This document shows, in pieces, positions 41,501 through 54,829 of a DNA stretch of 64,000 nucleotides (the stretch's first letter is position 1; each line of letters begins with the position of its first letter). Both the position numbers and the translations under genes were made by a program. Source of the DNA: the human T2T-CHM13v2.0 reference genome, Homo sapiens. The stretch lies in assembly GCF_009914755.1 (NCBI RefSeq), contig NC_060929.1; one strand, 5' to 3'. The notes beneath the pieces are model-generated. The model saw only the letters and a list, made by a program, of their open reading frames with translations. It was not told where the DNA came from and made no database searches.

Positions 41501-44164
41501 CATGACTGGAGACCTGTGCAAATAAGCTTGGGGTAAAGGAGCCTACTGGCACCATTCATTCTATGGATTAAATGCAAGTTGCTCTCTGGGCCTCTGCCTG
41601 AGGCCCCCTCTCTCACAGTGGTCTCACAGTGCGAGTAACTCACATCCTTCTGAAAATGCTGTTGATAATTGCTGCTTTGTAGGGCAGTGAGCTCACACTA
41701 TTACACAAGATTAGTGCTGTTCTCAAGAGCTGGCCAGATTGTCTTTCCCGCACAGAGGTTTGCCAGCTAGGAAAATAATGGGCGTATTGCCACTTTAACA
41801 ACTATCAGGAGACCCCAAGTTAGTTTTTCTTCCCTTCAGCATATTCATGTTTGTAGGATCCAACTCCAGGCTGCCAGCATAGGGTAGTGACACCAAAACA
41901 AACGTCTCTTTCTCCTTTAAAACAAAGCTGCTCTTTTCTTTTCAGTTGTCGGTCAACGAATTACCCTGTTCAACTAAAAGACAGCAGCAAAACCATAACC
42001 TCCCTTAAAACATAAATAAATAAGGACCCAGACTAGACTAACCTTAAGCAAGTACAAGGATCAGAAGAAGGTTTATCTTTACCTTGCAGGGAAGTCATTT
42101 GCCCCTAACAAACAAGACAAAGTTAAATGCACCACTCCCCCTCCAGACTGCAAACAAATGCCTATTGTGTACACCAGCCATCTAGGGATAAAAAAGTCAT
42201 TTTAAAGGTACCAAATGTTTTGATTTCTGTAATAAGTAGTCCTCATAGCCTCTTTTCAGATAACCATTTGACCTGTGTTCTGAAAGGCTGAGGCTAACCC
42301 CAAGTGGTTATTCTGTTTGTTATTTAGTGAAAAGATGGTTTCTTATCGGCATATGTTTCAAACAGGTACCTGTCCTCTTGGGAAAGTGTTTTCTGTTTGG
42401 AATTTGCTTTCCTACTTCGGTGGTTATCTGCTTGCCCTTGGTATCCAGTGCGTTTGGATTGAATTTTGTAGCTCTGGGAGTACAGCAGTGGCAATATGGG
42501 CCCCAGGTGATGAAAAGAGTTTGCGCACAAAGAAGTCAGCTCTTACTGCAGGTGTCATGTTTTCATAGCTAATCTAGATAAATTTTTACGGAAAAACAAA
42601 CTAACTGTGACTCACGCTGCAGACATTGCATTTGTGTGCTTAGGTGTTTATCTATGATCTGACCTCTCCTAAGGATTTTAGGTGGATGTTGCACATTTGG
42701 CTTTGGTTCTGATGCAATTTCACCATTGATGTAAATCATCGGATAATTTTAAAAGACAGAGTGGAAAAGAAGAAACTACCGTAGGTGAACATTTTAGACA
42801 GAAAGAAAATTCAGATTATGGATAGAATGGCTTGCAACAGAATAGAATGCAGTCAGGTTGGTAAATACTGGTTCACCGAGGTCTGTCTTCTTGCAAAGTG
42901 TTCTCTTTGTGTTTTCACTCACAAAACTGAGAGAACATATCCCAGACAATCTTTTATTTTTTATTTTTATTTTTTTATTTGTGCCACATGGAGTACATAA
43001 TTACGATTTTGGGGGACATATTCCAAGTTCTCTTTTGTTAAGTGGTGTAGCCGTTAATTCATAATGTAAGAATGGATATATATCACCACCTAGTGGTCGT
43101 ATTGTATTTTGTGTTTCAAAACCACATTCACAGAACTACACCCAGATACACACAAGAATAATACTATCTGTAAATCAAGTTCCTGTAGTTTTGAATAGTT
43201 TCTTAATTCTAGTATAAATTGCATGATACTGTGATCCTGAAAGTTAAATGTGAAATGAGAGGATTTTTCAAATGCAGCATGAAGCTAACACATGTAGTCA
43301 AATGCTTAGTAAAATCCTAGCAACTAAGGCAAATATTAGGACCTATCTGTCCTGTGTTTTCACTTTATACACAATAGTAGAACGCTGGAGAAAGTTTTCT
43401 TTGGCTAGTTTCCTTGGGAGGTGAACAGAGAGGGCTTTTGTAGGGTTTTTTAGATTTTTTTTTTTTTTCACTGTGAACTAAATTAGCAATGTTTGGAGGA
43501 AAACAGAGTAAGTGAAGAGCAGTGACTGAACCGTTCAAGAGAAAAACTCCCAAATTATAGTTTGAAGTTCAGTAAGTTCTCCCAACAATTAAAATAATGT
43601 ATTGTGAATGGCTTGACTACACACATGTCAAGAATGGTTTTTCTCAAAGGGATGTGCTTGGCAAAATTCATAAAATCTATAAAACATCATCTTTAATTGG
43701 CCATTTAAGGTAATCTAAACTATGGCGAATTTTAAAAAACAAAAGGTGACTGCACCTAAGCTGAAAAATTATAGATAATATATGGATAGATAGAGAGAGA
43801 GAGTTGGAAAGTAGGCCCTTGGCAGTTACAGATTCAAGATTTGCCGCCCCAGTTATACATGAGATCCTGAAGGTCTGCAGTATGAAAACATTTGTACTTT
43901 TTGCTCAGGCACAAATTTGAACTGTACCCAATGACTGGCTAGTGTGTAAAAACTCTCAGTGAGCTCTCAAGTCTGTGTATTGGACAGCTCAGTTTTCCCA
44001 TCACAAGAAGTAGGTTGCTGTCTACTCTGCTGACCATTTTGTTTGTTCTCTACTGTATTTATGGCAGGAAATTATCTGCTACACAGATGTGTATGAATGG
44101 AAGCATTACCAAGTCTTAGGTCTTAGGCACTTCTTTAATGCCAAGAAGTATTGTATGTGTAAGG

Positions 44165-44194
<30 letters not shown>
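44165..44194. repeat. (TG)n microsatellite
   Basis: Dinucleotide run with one interruption. Confidence 0.9.
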
Positions 44195-44197
<3 letters not shown>

Positions 44198-44718
44198 AGA
44201 CAGAGTCTCAAATTTATGACTCACAAAAATATGAACTTGAATTTTGTCTAGTGTCTATGAAAATTCTGTCTCTTTTTATTTATATTGTATGATTTAGAAG
44301 CCAGTAGAGAGGAAAAGAAATAGAAAGATTCTAAACAGGGTCTGACTCTTCTAGAGAACCAGTGCTCATTGATTATTCTTTGTAGTTATTTGACCAAGTT
44401 AGAGAATCTCAGTGAAAATGACTTGAAATGGGTTGAGTATTATAAAGAAACCCTAGTTATTGATTAGGTTTTGATAAGAACGATTGCTCTTAAAACTTCT
44501 TAGTCTTTTGCTCATAGATGAATTTGCTTCTGTATGTGATGTGCAGGGATCAGCTGGGACTTGACTGTGACAGCAGTAACTGATACTGGATGGTCTGGTT
44601 TCCTTTCTTCAACTGAAAGTAGTACTAAAGATGAACCCAAGAAAACTCATTTTTTAACACAAGGAAAAAAAAAACCTCCTGGTTTATTTCTAAGTCTTAT
44701 CTATTTCTGAAAAACTGC

Positions 44719-45020
<302 letters not shown>

Positions 45021-46056
45021 CTGAAAAACTGCTTTTTTAACCTTTGCAAAAAGGCAGTTATCCATCACTGCATAAGGAAAAGGGCTATTAGTGTACATTA
45101 CATTTTTATCATCAGTTTGTTTTGTTCATGCTTGTGATGCTAGTTATCTGCTGAGATTTTAGGTCATCGATCATGGCCACCTGGTGTGTGTTTTAAATGA
45201 TAAAAGATATCTCTGAATGACAGTTGGGACTTCCTAGACACTATGTAATCAGAAATTCACCTTGAACAGATGTAAACCCCATCTGAATTTGGTAGATTGT
45301 TGGTAACTTTCAAAAGCAGAGACCTCTCCCCACCCACCATCATCTTTTTTTTTCCTGGTATGTTGACTGAATTAAGTTGGAGACTTTGCAAAGAACTGGG
45401 AAGGAGAGAAATAGCTCTCCAACCATTCTGAGTGAGAAAAATAGTCAAATCACTCTGAGATACATGGAATTGAGGTCACTCTCTGAGGGTTAAGGATGCT
45501 GGCATGCACAGAAGTCATGTGCACTGCAGAAGACCTGCAGGATGAGTCTTCTCTTTTGTGTTATTGTGAGACAGAAATAAATTTTTGACAAGTACAGATT
45601 ATTTGGAACAAAATAATCGAAACATTTAGAGTTCGATAGACTTCAATGAATAGCTTCAGTCTGCTCTGAGTTTTCACCCTGTTAGGAATGGTTCACAATG
45701 AGTTCTCTAGTTTGTGAAGAGAAACATACTTATTAGCTGTTAGATTTTGTCCAGGGTTTTTTGAATCATTTTATTATTTTGGCAGCTGATTTGCTTGAAT
45801 TCAATTAGGGGAAAAAGAAAGAAAAACAATAACTGAAAAGTGACTGATTCCAGCTTAATCGAAATGGTAGCCCTTTTTGGCATGTTATTACAGACCTGGA
45901 GAACTAGTTATTTAATTGGACTCTAAAAATAAAGCAATTTTATCATATATTATCCAGCATTAAGCAGTTATATACTAGATATAAAATAATTATCTCTTAA
46001 TAAAATGCAAGAAAAATTTACATCTGAGTTGGCTTTCCTCTACATCAACTATTTGC

Positions 46057-46360
<304 letters not shown>

Positions 46361-49300
46361 AACTCTTTGATTTTTATGTCACAATTTCCTCTGCCATCAG
46401 AAGAGAGTGAAAATGCAAAGTAATTTTAGGGTTCTCTTTCAGGTGTAGTAGTGATCTAATTCTTGTCCCTGGGGAGGCAACAAGCGTTTGAGGTGTGTTG
46501 CATGAACTTGAGTCCCTGAGGCACAGACAAACATGCAGGGGAATGACCAGCATTTATTTTTCCCTAAGGGGTTAAAATGAATTTCCCCAACCCATGCTGG
46601 CTTCTGGGAATAATTCTTAGTTTGCACATTCAGCTCTAGAAGAGGGTTGATCCAAGATAGATCGCTCAGGATGTTTGCTCATAATTCAAAGTGAAAAATA
46701 AAGAAATCCAAATGGGAGGTACTGAGTTTTTCCCTGCTAATTCCAAGAATCTGTATTCCTGTATATATGAGACACCATATTGTGCAAGAAGATCTATTAC
46801 CTTCTTATAACTTAGAATTGATTCCCTGAGAAGGGATTTCTTCTTAACATTTAACTTTAGTGAAAAGAAAAGTACGTTATTGAAGCTAAAGTTAATTTTT
46901 TTTTTATATTTTCTCCCTACAAGTAATGTTAAATAAGGCTGTAAAGAATTCAGAAAGACACAAAGGAAGTTGTTAAGAAAACTGGAGTTTTCTTTGCTAA
47001 GTCAGTTTGGCAATAACATGAAGCAAAATCAAAGCATCCTAGCCAAGATAAATCTGCACAATGGAATGATCAGATATGAGGTAATAGTGTGACATGCCTG
47101 TGGGTATCAGACATTCTTGTAAAAACCACAGAGCTAAAATTTGGTACTGCACCATTAAACTACAGCTCTGCCAAGCAACAACAGGAACACTCATTTTAAG
47201 TCATTGCTGCAAGCCAAATGTAATTCTCACCCAAAACAATTAAATCTTTTAACAGAGGCCTGAATCTGGGCAGTTTGAGCCCCGAGAATCACTTTAGTGG
47301 CATGGAGTCCGAATCTCATTTCAGTGTGAAAATGAGATGGTTATTGTTCAGATCAGGAGGAAGTGTCAGCTGCAAAATATAGGGCAGTCAAGTGACTTTA
47401 GTAACTTGAGGTGATATTTGTTAAGATTAGATTTAAAAAGGGTTAGTTAAGAAATTTGTATTTTTTGTGAGAAATGCACATATCATTTTATAAAGTTCAT
47501 TTTTAGCAATTAGAAAAATAATGCTCACTCTAGAGAACTTGGAAAATATCATAAGTAAGAATATATAGAATAAAATATTATCTCAGTCTCATATCACTCA
47601 GACATAAACTCTGGAAGATTTTATTGCATTTGCTTTTGGTCTTTTATATACACACACACACACGCAAACACAAACACACACACATACATCCATACACCCA
47701 GCTGTATCTGAGAGTATGAGTAAAATTTGGATCATTATAATGTAATAATTTAACACTTGTTTTACTACCCCCCATTTCTTTATTTATTCTTCAAAGAAAA
47801 TTTTAAATGGTGATATAATATTCTATTTGTCTGGCTATATCATAATTTATTGAACATATGTTTACTCTATAAATTGTTTTCCCTTTACTGCTAATAAACG
47901 TAGTATTTCATATAAAATGTCATTCACATCTGTGATTATTTTTTAGTATAGAATTTTAGAAGTGGAATTTTGGGGTCCAAAAGCAAGAACTTTTTGAGGC
48001 TCCTGATATGCATTGCCACCTGTTTTCCAGAAAGGTTATTTACTTCCACTGGCTATGTCTGTAATTGTCTGTCTCACCTATTTGCTAGCAGCAAGCAGGA
48101 TCTTTGATTAGGTATTGGTGTGGGTTGGGAAGAATGAAACACCCTCTGTGGTTCATTGTCTCTAAATATCAAAAACTATTTATTAAACAACATAAGTATG
48201 TGCCAAACATAGTTTCTGGCACTGAGGATACAGTAATGAGCAAAAGAAACCAAAGCCCTGTCCTCAATGAATTTACATTCTACTAGGAGAAAAAAATGCA
48301 ATTAATGAGTAAATTATGTAGGATGGTAGAATATGATAAATGTTATGAAGAAAAAGAAATTAAGAAAGGGAGATGGGACAGTGTAGGTAGGGACAAAAAA
48401 TGAGAGAGTAATGCACAGTGTACACATAGTATTAGGATGTTGGAAAATTTTCCACCTTTGAGGACATTACTGGTTTCCTGTAAGAGACTAGTTGGAAAGT
48501 AAGCTAGAAAATATTGAGCTCCTAAATCCAAATTTAATATTTGGCGAACTCTGGAATCTTTGACCATAGAGAGTACCAAATATAGATTTTTGTTAGTTTT
48601 AATGGATTCTTATTCTTTGGTTTTTAATTTTTATCCTACTTTAACTCATTCATTACAAACAACTTAGTTCTGTATCAGCAACAGGCAGAACATGACATAT
48701 CTCTGAAATGTTGATTATCTATTAAAGGAGAGTATCAAAAATGTAAAAAGGAGGCTTGGCGAGTGGAGGGTGAGGGATGATAAGGGAAATGAGCAAAGAA
48801 AAAAAAAGGGAAATAATTAGAAACCCAGTGCAGAGCCAATGTGAGTTCCTGGTTGCAGGGAGACCTACCAGTCAAGGAGTACTTCAGTGAGTGTGGTCCC
48901 TTGAGCATCTTTTCCAGGCCATTTGGAGAGTAACACAGTGGGGCCATTTAGGCTACGAGTTGGATTTAAATTTGCCTCACTTCTGGATTAGGTTTTTCCC
49001 CCGAGAAATAAAACCACCATTCATGCTGTATTTTGACAAAAAAACAACTTCCTTAAGGGTCTCTTGGTTTTTTGCAAGTTTATCACTCTTCAAACAGTCT
49101 TTTTTACATAGCAGTGATCTCTTGTCTCATATCTTAATTTTGGCAGGATTGAGGAGGACTTTAAAGTAAAGCTAAAAGACTGAAACAAAAGTAGGTTTTC
49201 AAACTTTAGATCTTTTCACAAATTATTTTATGAAAGATCTAAATTTTTTTTACCATATTTAAAAGTTTTGAAAACCACTTTTTCTGAGAAGAAAAATTAC

Positions 49301-51139
49301 AGACATCCTCTAGTATATTAATTATACTGTTTTTGTTTGTAAACTAGAGCTTATTGGTATACAAATCCAATTTCATAGGTAGGAGAATACCTTTTAAGTT
49401 TTTTATTGTGCCAAGTATTAGAGATATAAAACACAGAAGAAACATTTGGTATTGAAAACACTGCAGATAGCTAAGTATAGTACTTTGGTAAATACAGTAA
49501 AATGGATCAGACATATATTTTAAAAGACTTAAAAATAGTGATAGTACTGTTGGGAGTAAGTAGGTAGTAGAGTAATTGGACCTTCCCTTTTTTTTTTTTT
49601 AATTTTTGCATTCACTGATGCTCTGAATTGAAAACAATTGCCTTAAATCTTATATACACTTTATTCTCTTTCTCTTTGCCAAATAAATTCACTTAACTCA
49701 TTGTCTCAAACCATAAACTTATTTTAAACTTAATTCAAGGAAAGACTAACAGATCTGTAGGCCCAGAAAAGACAGTCATATTAGCCATTGTCACATAAAT
49801 CTAAATCTGTATTTCTAGCATATTTTGGAAGTTTGTCACCACTAATGTTGTCATACTAGACATGATAAAGCATGAGAGTAGCCAAAGCATGGTGGGAAAG
49901 TGATGCTCAAATTGACCCAGAAAGGCGCTGAACAAACAAACTTGTCTCATACCACATTCTAGTTAAGAGGACTCAAGACTAGGAAACTGGTCTCTTATTT
50001 ATAGGCCAATATTATTTTCATCTTATCAAAGTTTGTTATTCTTGAATAGGCACAGCGACTATGTTTTTTACATAATTATTGTTGCCAGGAAGGCAATATT
50101 TTAAGTAACAAAGAAATGAACCTAAACCGGAGAGTTCTGGGTGCATAACATCTCTAAGGTCCAAATAATTCCCTATTATGCTGCATTGTTGTAAGAGACA
50201 ATGCATATCAAGTACCTAGAAAAGGGCTTCATCTATTATAGATGCTAAATAAATGACACATATGATGGAAGGCAAAAGATATTTTCAATTGTATATTATT
50301 GCTCAGAGTAGGATATATATATATACGTGTATATATAAAGGTAACCAGCAGAGAAATGTCAAACCCATAAAGTCCTTTTCAATGATCTCAACATACATTA
50401 CACACAAAAAAAATCTGTAATAAGATATACTTTTGAAGGTGTATTTTTTATATCAATATGCATAAATGTCATAAATGTTTCTACTAAAAAGAAAACATTT
50501 CATATTAAATCATAAAGCACAACTCAACTGTATGGTGCAAATAAGAATCACATCTAAAACAAACTAGCTTTGAAAGGTTGTATATAAAATGATTAGCATA
50601 GGTATGTCAGATAAATACAAAAGATAAATATTGCAACTATCTCAACTTTTTTAACCAAATAGATGAATTTGGGTGAAAAGCAATTACAATAAATGAGACA
50701 AAGTTACTTTATAGTAGTACAGATAAGACAAGACAGGCTGAAAATTCGATTGAGGTATCATCACAATTATATAAATTTATATGTGCACATAAGAGGTAGA
50801 AGAAAACAATGATTAGAGTGATGAGATTATTTTTTCTCTAGTTCTACTTCCATTAATTTTATTGAATTAATAATATGATGAAATTCCTAAATTGAAGGTT
50901 GATGATATATTTAGAAATCTAGAATAACTAGGCCAAAATTTGTCCATGATATCTCATTGCCAAATAGTAGACATTCGTTCAATAAAGACTTTGAGACACA
51001 TATATTTTCTACTCACAGTTTAACAGTCTTTTTCTGTACCACCAAAATAATTTCAGCTATATGAAACAACAGAAATTGTTGAGTCTATTCCAATTAGATT
51101 GTGATATAATACCGTCGTTGCTCTTACGTTACTTTTTGA

Positions 51140-51532
<393 letters not shown>

Positions 51533-51613
51533 TAACAATGTGACATTAACGTGGGAATGCTGCCTGGTAATATCTTTAAGAAGAACAACTGCCAGTCCAA
51601 AGGCCAATAGACC

Positions 51614-51622
51614 TTTTTATTT

Positions 51623-51661
<39 letters not shown>

Positions 51662-51957
51662 TTATTATTATTGTTTTTTGAGATGGAGTCTCGCTCTGTC
51701 ACCAGGCTGGAGTACAGTGGTGTGATCTTGGCTCACGGCAACCTCTGCCTCTGGGTTCAAGCAATTCTCCTGCCTCAGCCTCCCAAGTAGCTGGGACTAC
51801 AGGCGTGCACCATCACACCCAGCTAATTTTTGTATTTTTAGTAGAGATGGGGTTTCACCGTGTTAGCCAGGATGGTCTCAATCTCTTGACCTTGTAATCT
51901 GCCAGCCTCAGCCTCCCAAAGTGCTGGGATTACAGGCTTGAGCCACCGCTCCTGACC
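51614..51957 (-). mobile_element. AluS element (Sc-like) with (TTTA)n/(TTA)n tail
   Basis: Reverse Alu, GTGTTAGCCAGGATGGTCTC diagnostic. Confidence 0.93.
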
Positions 51958-52206
51958 GACTTCTTTTTTTATTTTGATGAGAACATTACAAAATAAAATA
52001 GTTGTCAACAGTTAAAAATTAGGCTATATTTTTTAAATCTGGATTTTCAGCTTTTTTAAGAAATAAGAAGACCTGGTACCATGTGGCCCATATTCAGATT
52101 TGTCGGTGGTTTGAAGTACTAGAGCTGAGAACCACTGCCCTCCCTTGGTTGGGGCTGCAATCTCCATTTATTGCAGTCCTCATTGAGTCCTTCCTTTGCT
52201 TTATGT

Positions 52207-53429
52207 GAGTCCGTGTCCCAATCCTGAAAGACACAATCCCAAATGCCATAATCCTAAATGTTGAAATCTCAAAGGATTAAAATCCCAAAAATAGAATTCT
52301 GGAAAAAAACAAATTTTAAAGACATTTATTTACATTTTAAAATGATGATTTATTAGAGAAACATATAAAAACATGACAGCGTGCTTCATAAGCCACTTTA
52401 GACAATAAAATAAATAGACAATAAAAACATACATATATTTTCAAGCATAAGCACTCAGGTATACTAATGGCAGTTGGGGAAAAACCAAAATGTATGAATG
52501 CACATCACTCTGGTTGTAATTGTGTGCACCAGCTTTATAACGGTGGTCATCTGAAATACCATGATGAACAACATAAATCTTTTCACAAGATTGATGAAGA
52601 ACTGAGATGGGTTACCACCGCATATTCAGTCACTCAAAGAGCTGAGATCTTGAGAAATTTTATCTTTCATAAATGGAGATGTATAAAAGAACATCTCTTC
52701 ATTTATTGAGGAAGTTTCAATATTTTTATATTGAGAACCAAGGAAGCTGAAGCCAGTACTGTAACTCTCAGTCTGAGACCGAAAGCCTCAAGACCTGGGG
52801 GGCCTCTGGTGTGTAAGTCCTGGAATCCAAAGGCTAGTGAGCCTGGAGTTCTGATGTCCATGGTGGCAGAAGTCTGTCCCAGCTCTCAGAGAAAGACCAG
52901 CTTGCCTTCTGTATCTGTTCTCTCTGGGCCCCTGGCTGATTGGATGGTGCCCATCAACAATGAGGGCAGATCTTCCCCACCTCATCCACTCACGCTGACA
53001 CATTAATCTTCTCTAGAAACACTCTGAGACGTGCCCCAAATAATGCTCTATTAGGTTTCTAGGTATTCCTTAATCCAGTCATGTTGACACCTAAAATTAA
53101 GTCTACAGGTCTACCCCTTGCAACTTGGCACCCATATGCATGTTTTTAAACAGTATTTAAATTTCCAAATAAAGACAATAACAAGGTAATATAATAATTT
53201 CTCCTGACATGATATAACTATCCTGCATACAACCAAAAATGCACTAATCCCTTCCCTAGAATTTGGCTTTCAGGATTTCAACATTTGGGATTTTAATATT
53301 TCAGAATTATGATTTTGGGGACTTTAGATGTTAGGGATTTTAACCTCTAGGGATTTTGGTCTTTAGGAATTTCAAAATTTGGGATTATGACTTTTGAGAT
53401 TATGTCTTTTGGGATTGTAATTGTCACCG
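52207..53429. mobile_element. Ricksha (MULE/MuDR) non-autonomous DNA transposon
   Basis: Long degenerate terminal inverted repeats made of AATCCC arrays (left) and GGGATT arrays (right). Confidence 0.8.
52731..53260 (-). mobile_element. MLT2-type LTR fragment plus adjacent ERV-L internal sequence carried inside Ricksha
   Basis: Minus strand reads AAGGGGTAGACC (polypurine tract) then TGTAGACTTAATTTTAGGTGTCAACATGACTGGATTAAGGAATACC, the MLT2 LTR start. Confidence 0.75.
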
Positions 53430-54306
53430 GTTTTTGCCAACTGCCTGGTCTCTGTAGGCATTTGAGCTTTTTAACCATTCCCTTAGAAGTTTATTTTATG
53501 CTTATAAACTATGGATCACAAATGCCATCCTTATATCTGTAGTTGAATATTTACAAGATATAATAAAATAAGAACATGTGTAATATAAATTTTATGAGAA
53601 TTGTTTAGTTAACATTAAACAAGAAATATTTTAAAAGCGAATTTTTTAAAAGGTGTGTTTATCATTGGCCAATTTCTAAAGCACGCTGTACAGACTTTTT
53701 CCCTAAACAAATAGAAATTCTGTAAAATATTTTAACCTATTTGCAATTAATAATGGTGTTATCACATGAATATTTAATCCCTAGACCCAGACTTTTACCC
53801 ATCTCAAATAAGAGTACGAAGTACACATGTAAAATATAAACCTATTTGATTAATTTGTCTTTGAATACAAAAATAATAAAACTAAAAACCATACTCTATA
53901 AATATTTTAGGAAAGATTTAAACCCCAATAATGAGAAATTCTATTAGAAGAAAGAGAACACTAACATACATCAAGCCCGAGTCTCATATGAAAGTCAGCT
54001 GTTAGCAATAAGTACGTTAGTCTGCTGTTTTCTCACCCAAGGTAGAATGTATTCTCAATACCTTTTCTACATGAGAAGCTTTCCTGACCATGTCCCTTAC
54101 TTCAGCACCTCTGCGATGAGATTTGTAAAACTAGCAAATCAAGTATTTTCTATTTTTCTTTTTCCGGTGTAGGAATCTTTACTAAATTATTCGTCTCTAT
54201 CCAAATGTCATGTTTGCCCTCTTATGTCTCCAATGGTCCCTGGAGTCATACTTTTCATTTTATGATTTAAACATTCTTACATTTCCTATTTTATTTTCTC
54301 CTATAG

Positions 54307-54530
54307 CAGGGTTTCTCAACAGCAGAGCTATTGACATTTTTGGTCAGATAATTCTTTATTTTGAGAGGCTATCCTGTGCATTAAAGCATGTTTAGCATAA
54401 TCCCTGCCCTTTGTATACTACATGTCAGTAGCACCTTTACATCCTTTCTGCATTGTAAAAAGCAAACATGTCTCTAGACATTGCCATATGTCTCCAGAAG
54501 AGGCAAACTGTCCCACGTTGAGAACCACTG
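54307..54530 (+). mobile_element. MER20 hAT-Charlie element, full length
   Basis: TIRs CAGGGTTTCTCAAC / GTTGAGAACCACTG; 8-bp TSD TCCTATAG/CCCTATAC. Confidence 0.88.
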
Positions 54531-54829
54531 CCCTATACCAAAAAAGATTCACAAAAACACCATGATTGTTTACATTTCCCAATGGATAACAAGTTTTATA
54601 AAATACTGGTTCTACCTCATTAAAGAAGAAGAAGGAAAAAAACCCTATTTTTGCATTTTATCTCCCCTACTCGCTGATTTTTATATTTGTGCAGTCAGTT
54701 CTTTACTAATCAGAACTCTGGGGAAGTTTTTAAATGTTTATAGGCTTTTAAAAAAGATACCCTTTTCTCTTTTTAGATATTTTAAACCTACAGACCTAAG
54801 TAGTTTTCCTTTTAATTAACTATTACATA

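Larger units (their letters stand above)
51980..53480 (+). mobile_element. MER102-like hAT-Charlie element split by the Ricksha insertion (pieces about 51980-52206 and 53430-53480)
   Basis: TTTTTAAATCTGGATTTTCAGC...AGAGCTGAG..CCACTGCCC on the left; CTGCCTGGTCTCTGTAGGCATTTGAG on the right. Confidence 0.55.

Noticed and set aside
33200-44225. Scattered AP-1 motifs (TGACTCA/TGAGTCA)
   Set aside because: Number is about what chance predicts in 64 kb
52215-52290. Regularly spaced AATCCC/GGGATT units resembling a CRISPR or iteron array (mirror at 53270-53420)
   Set aside because: Eukaryotic DNA, no constant repeat with unique spacers; explained by Ricksha TIRs
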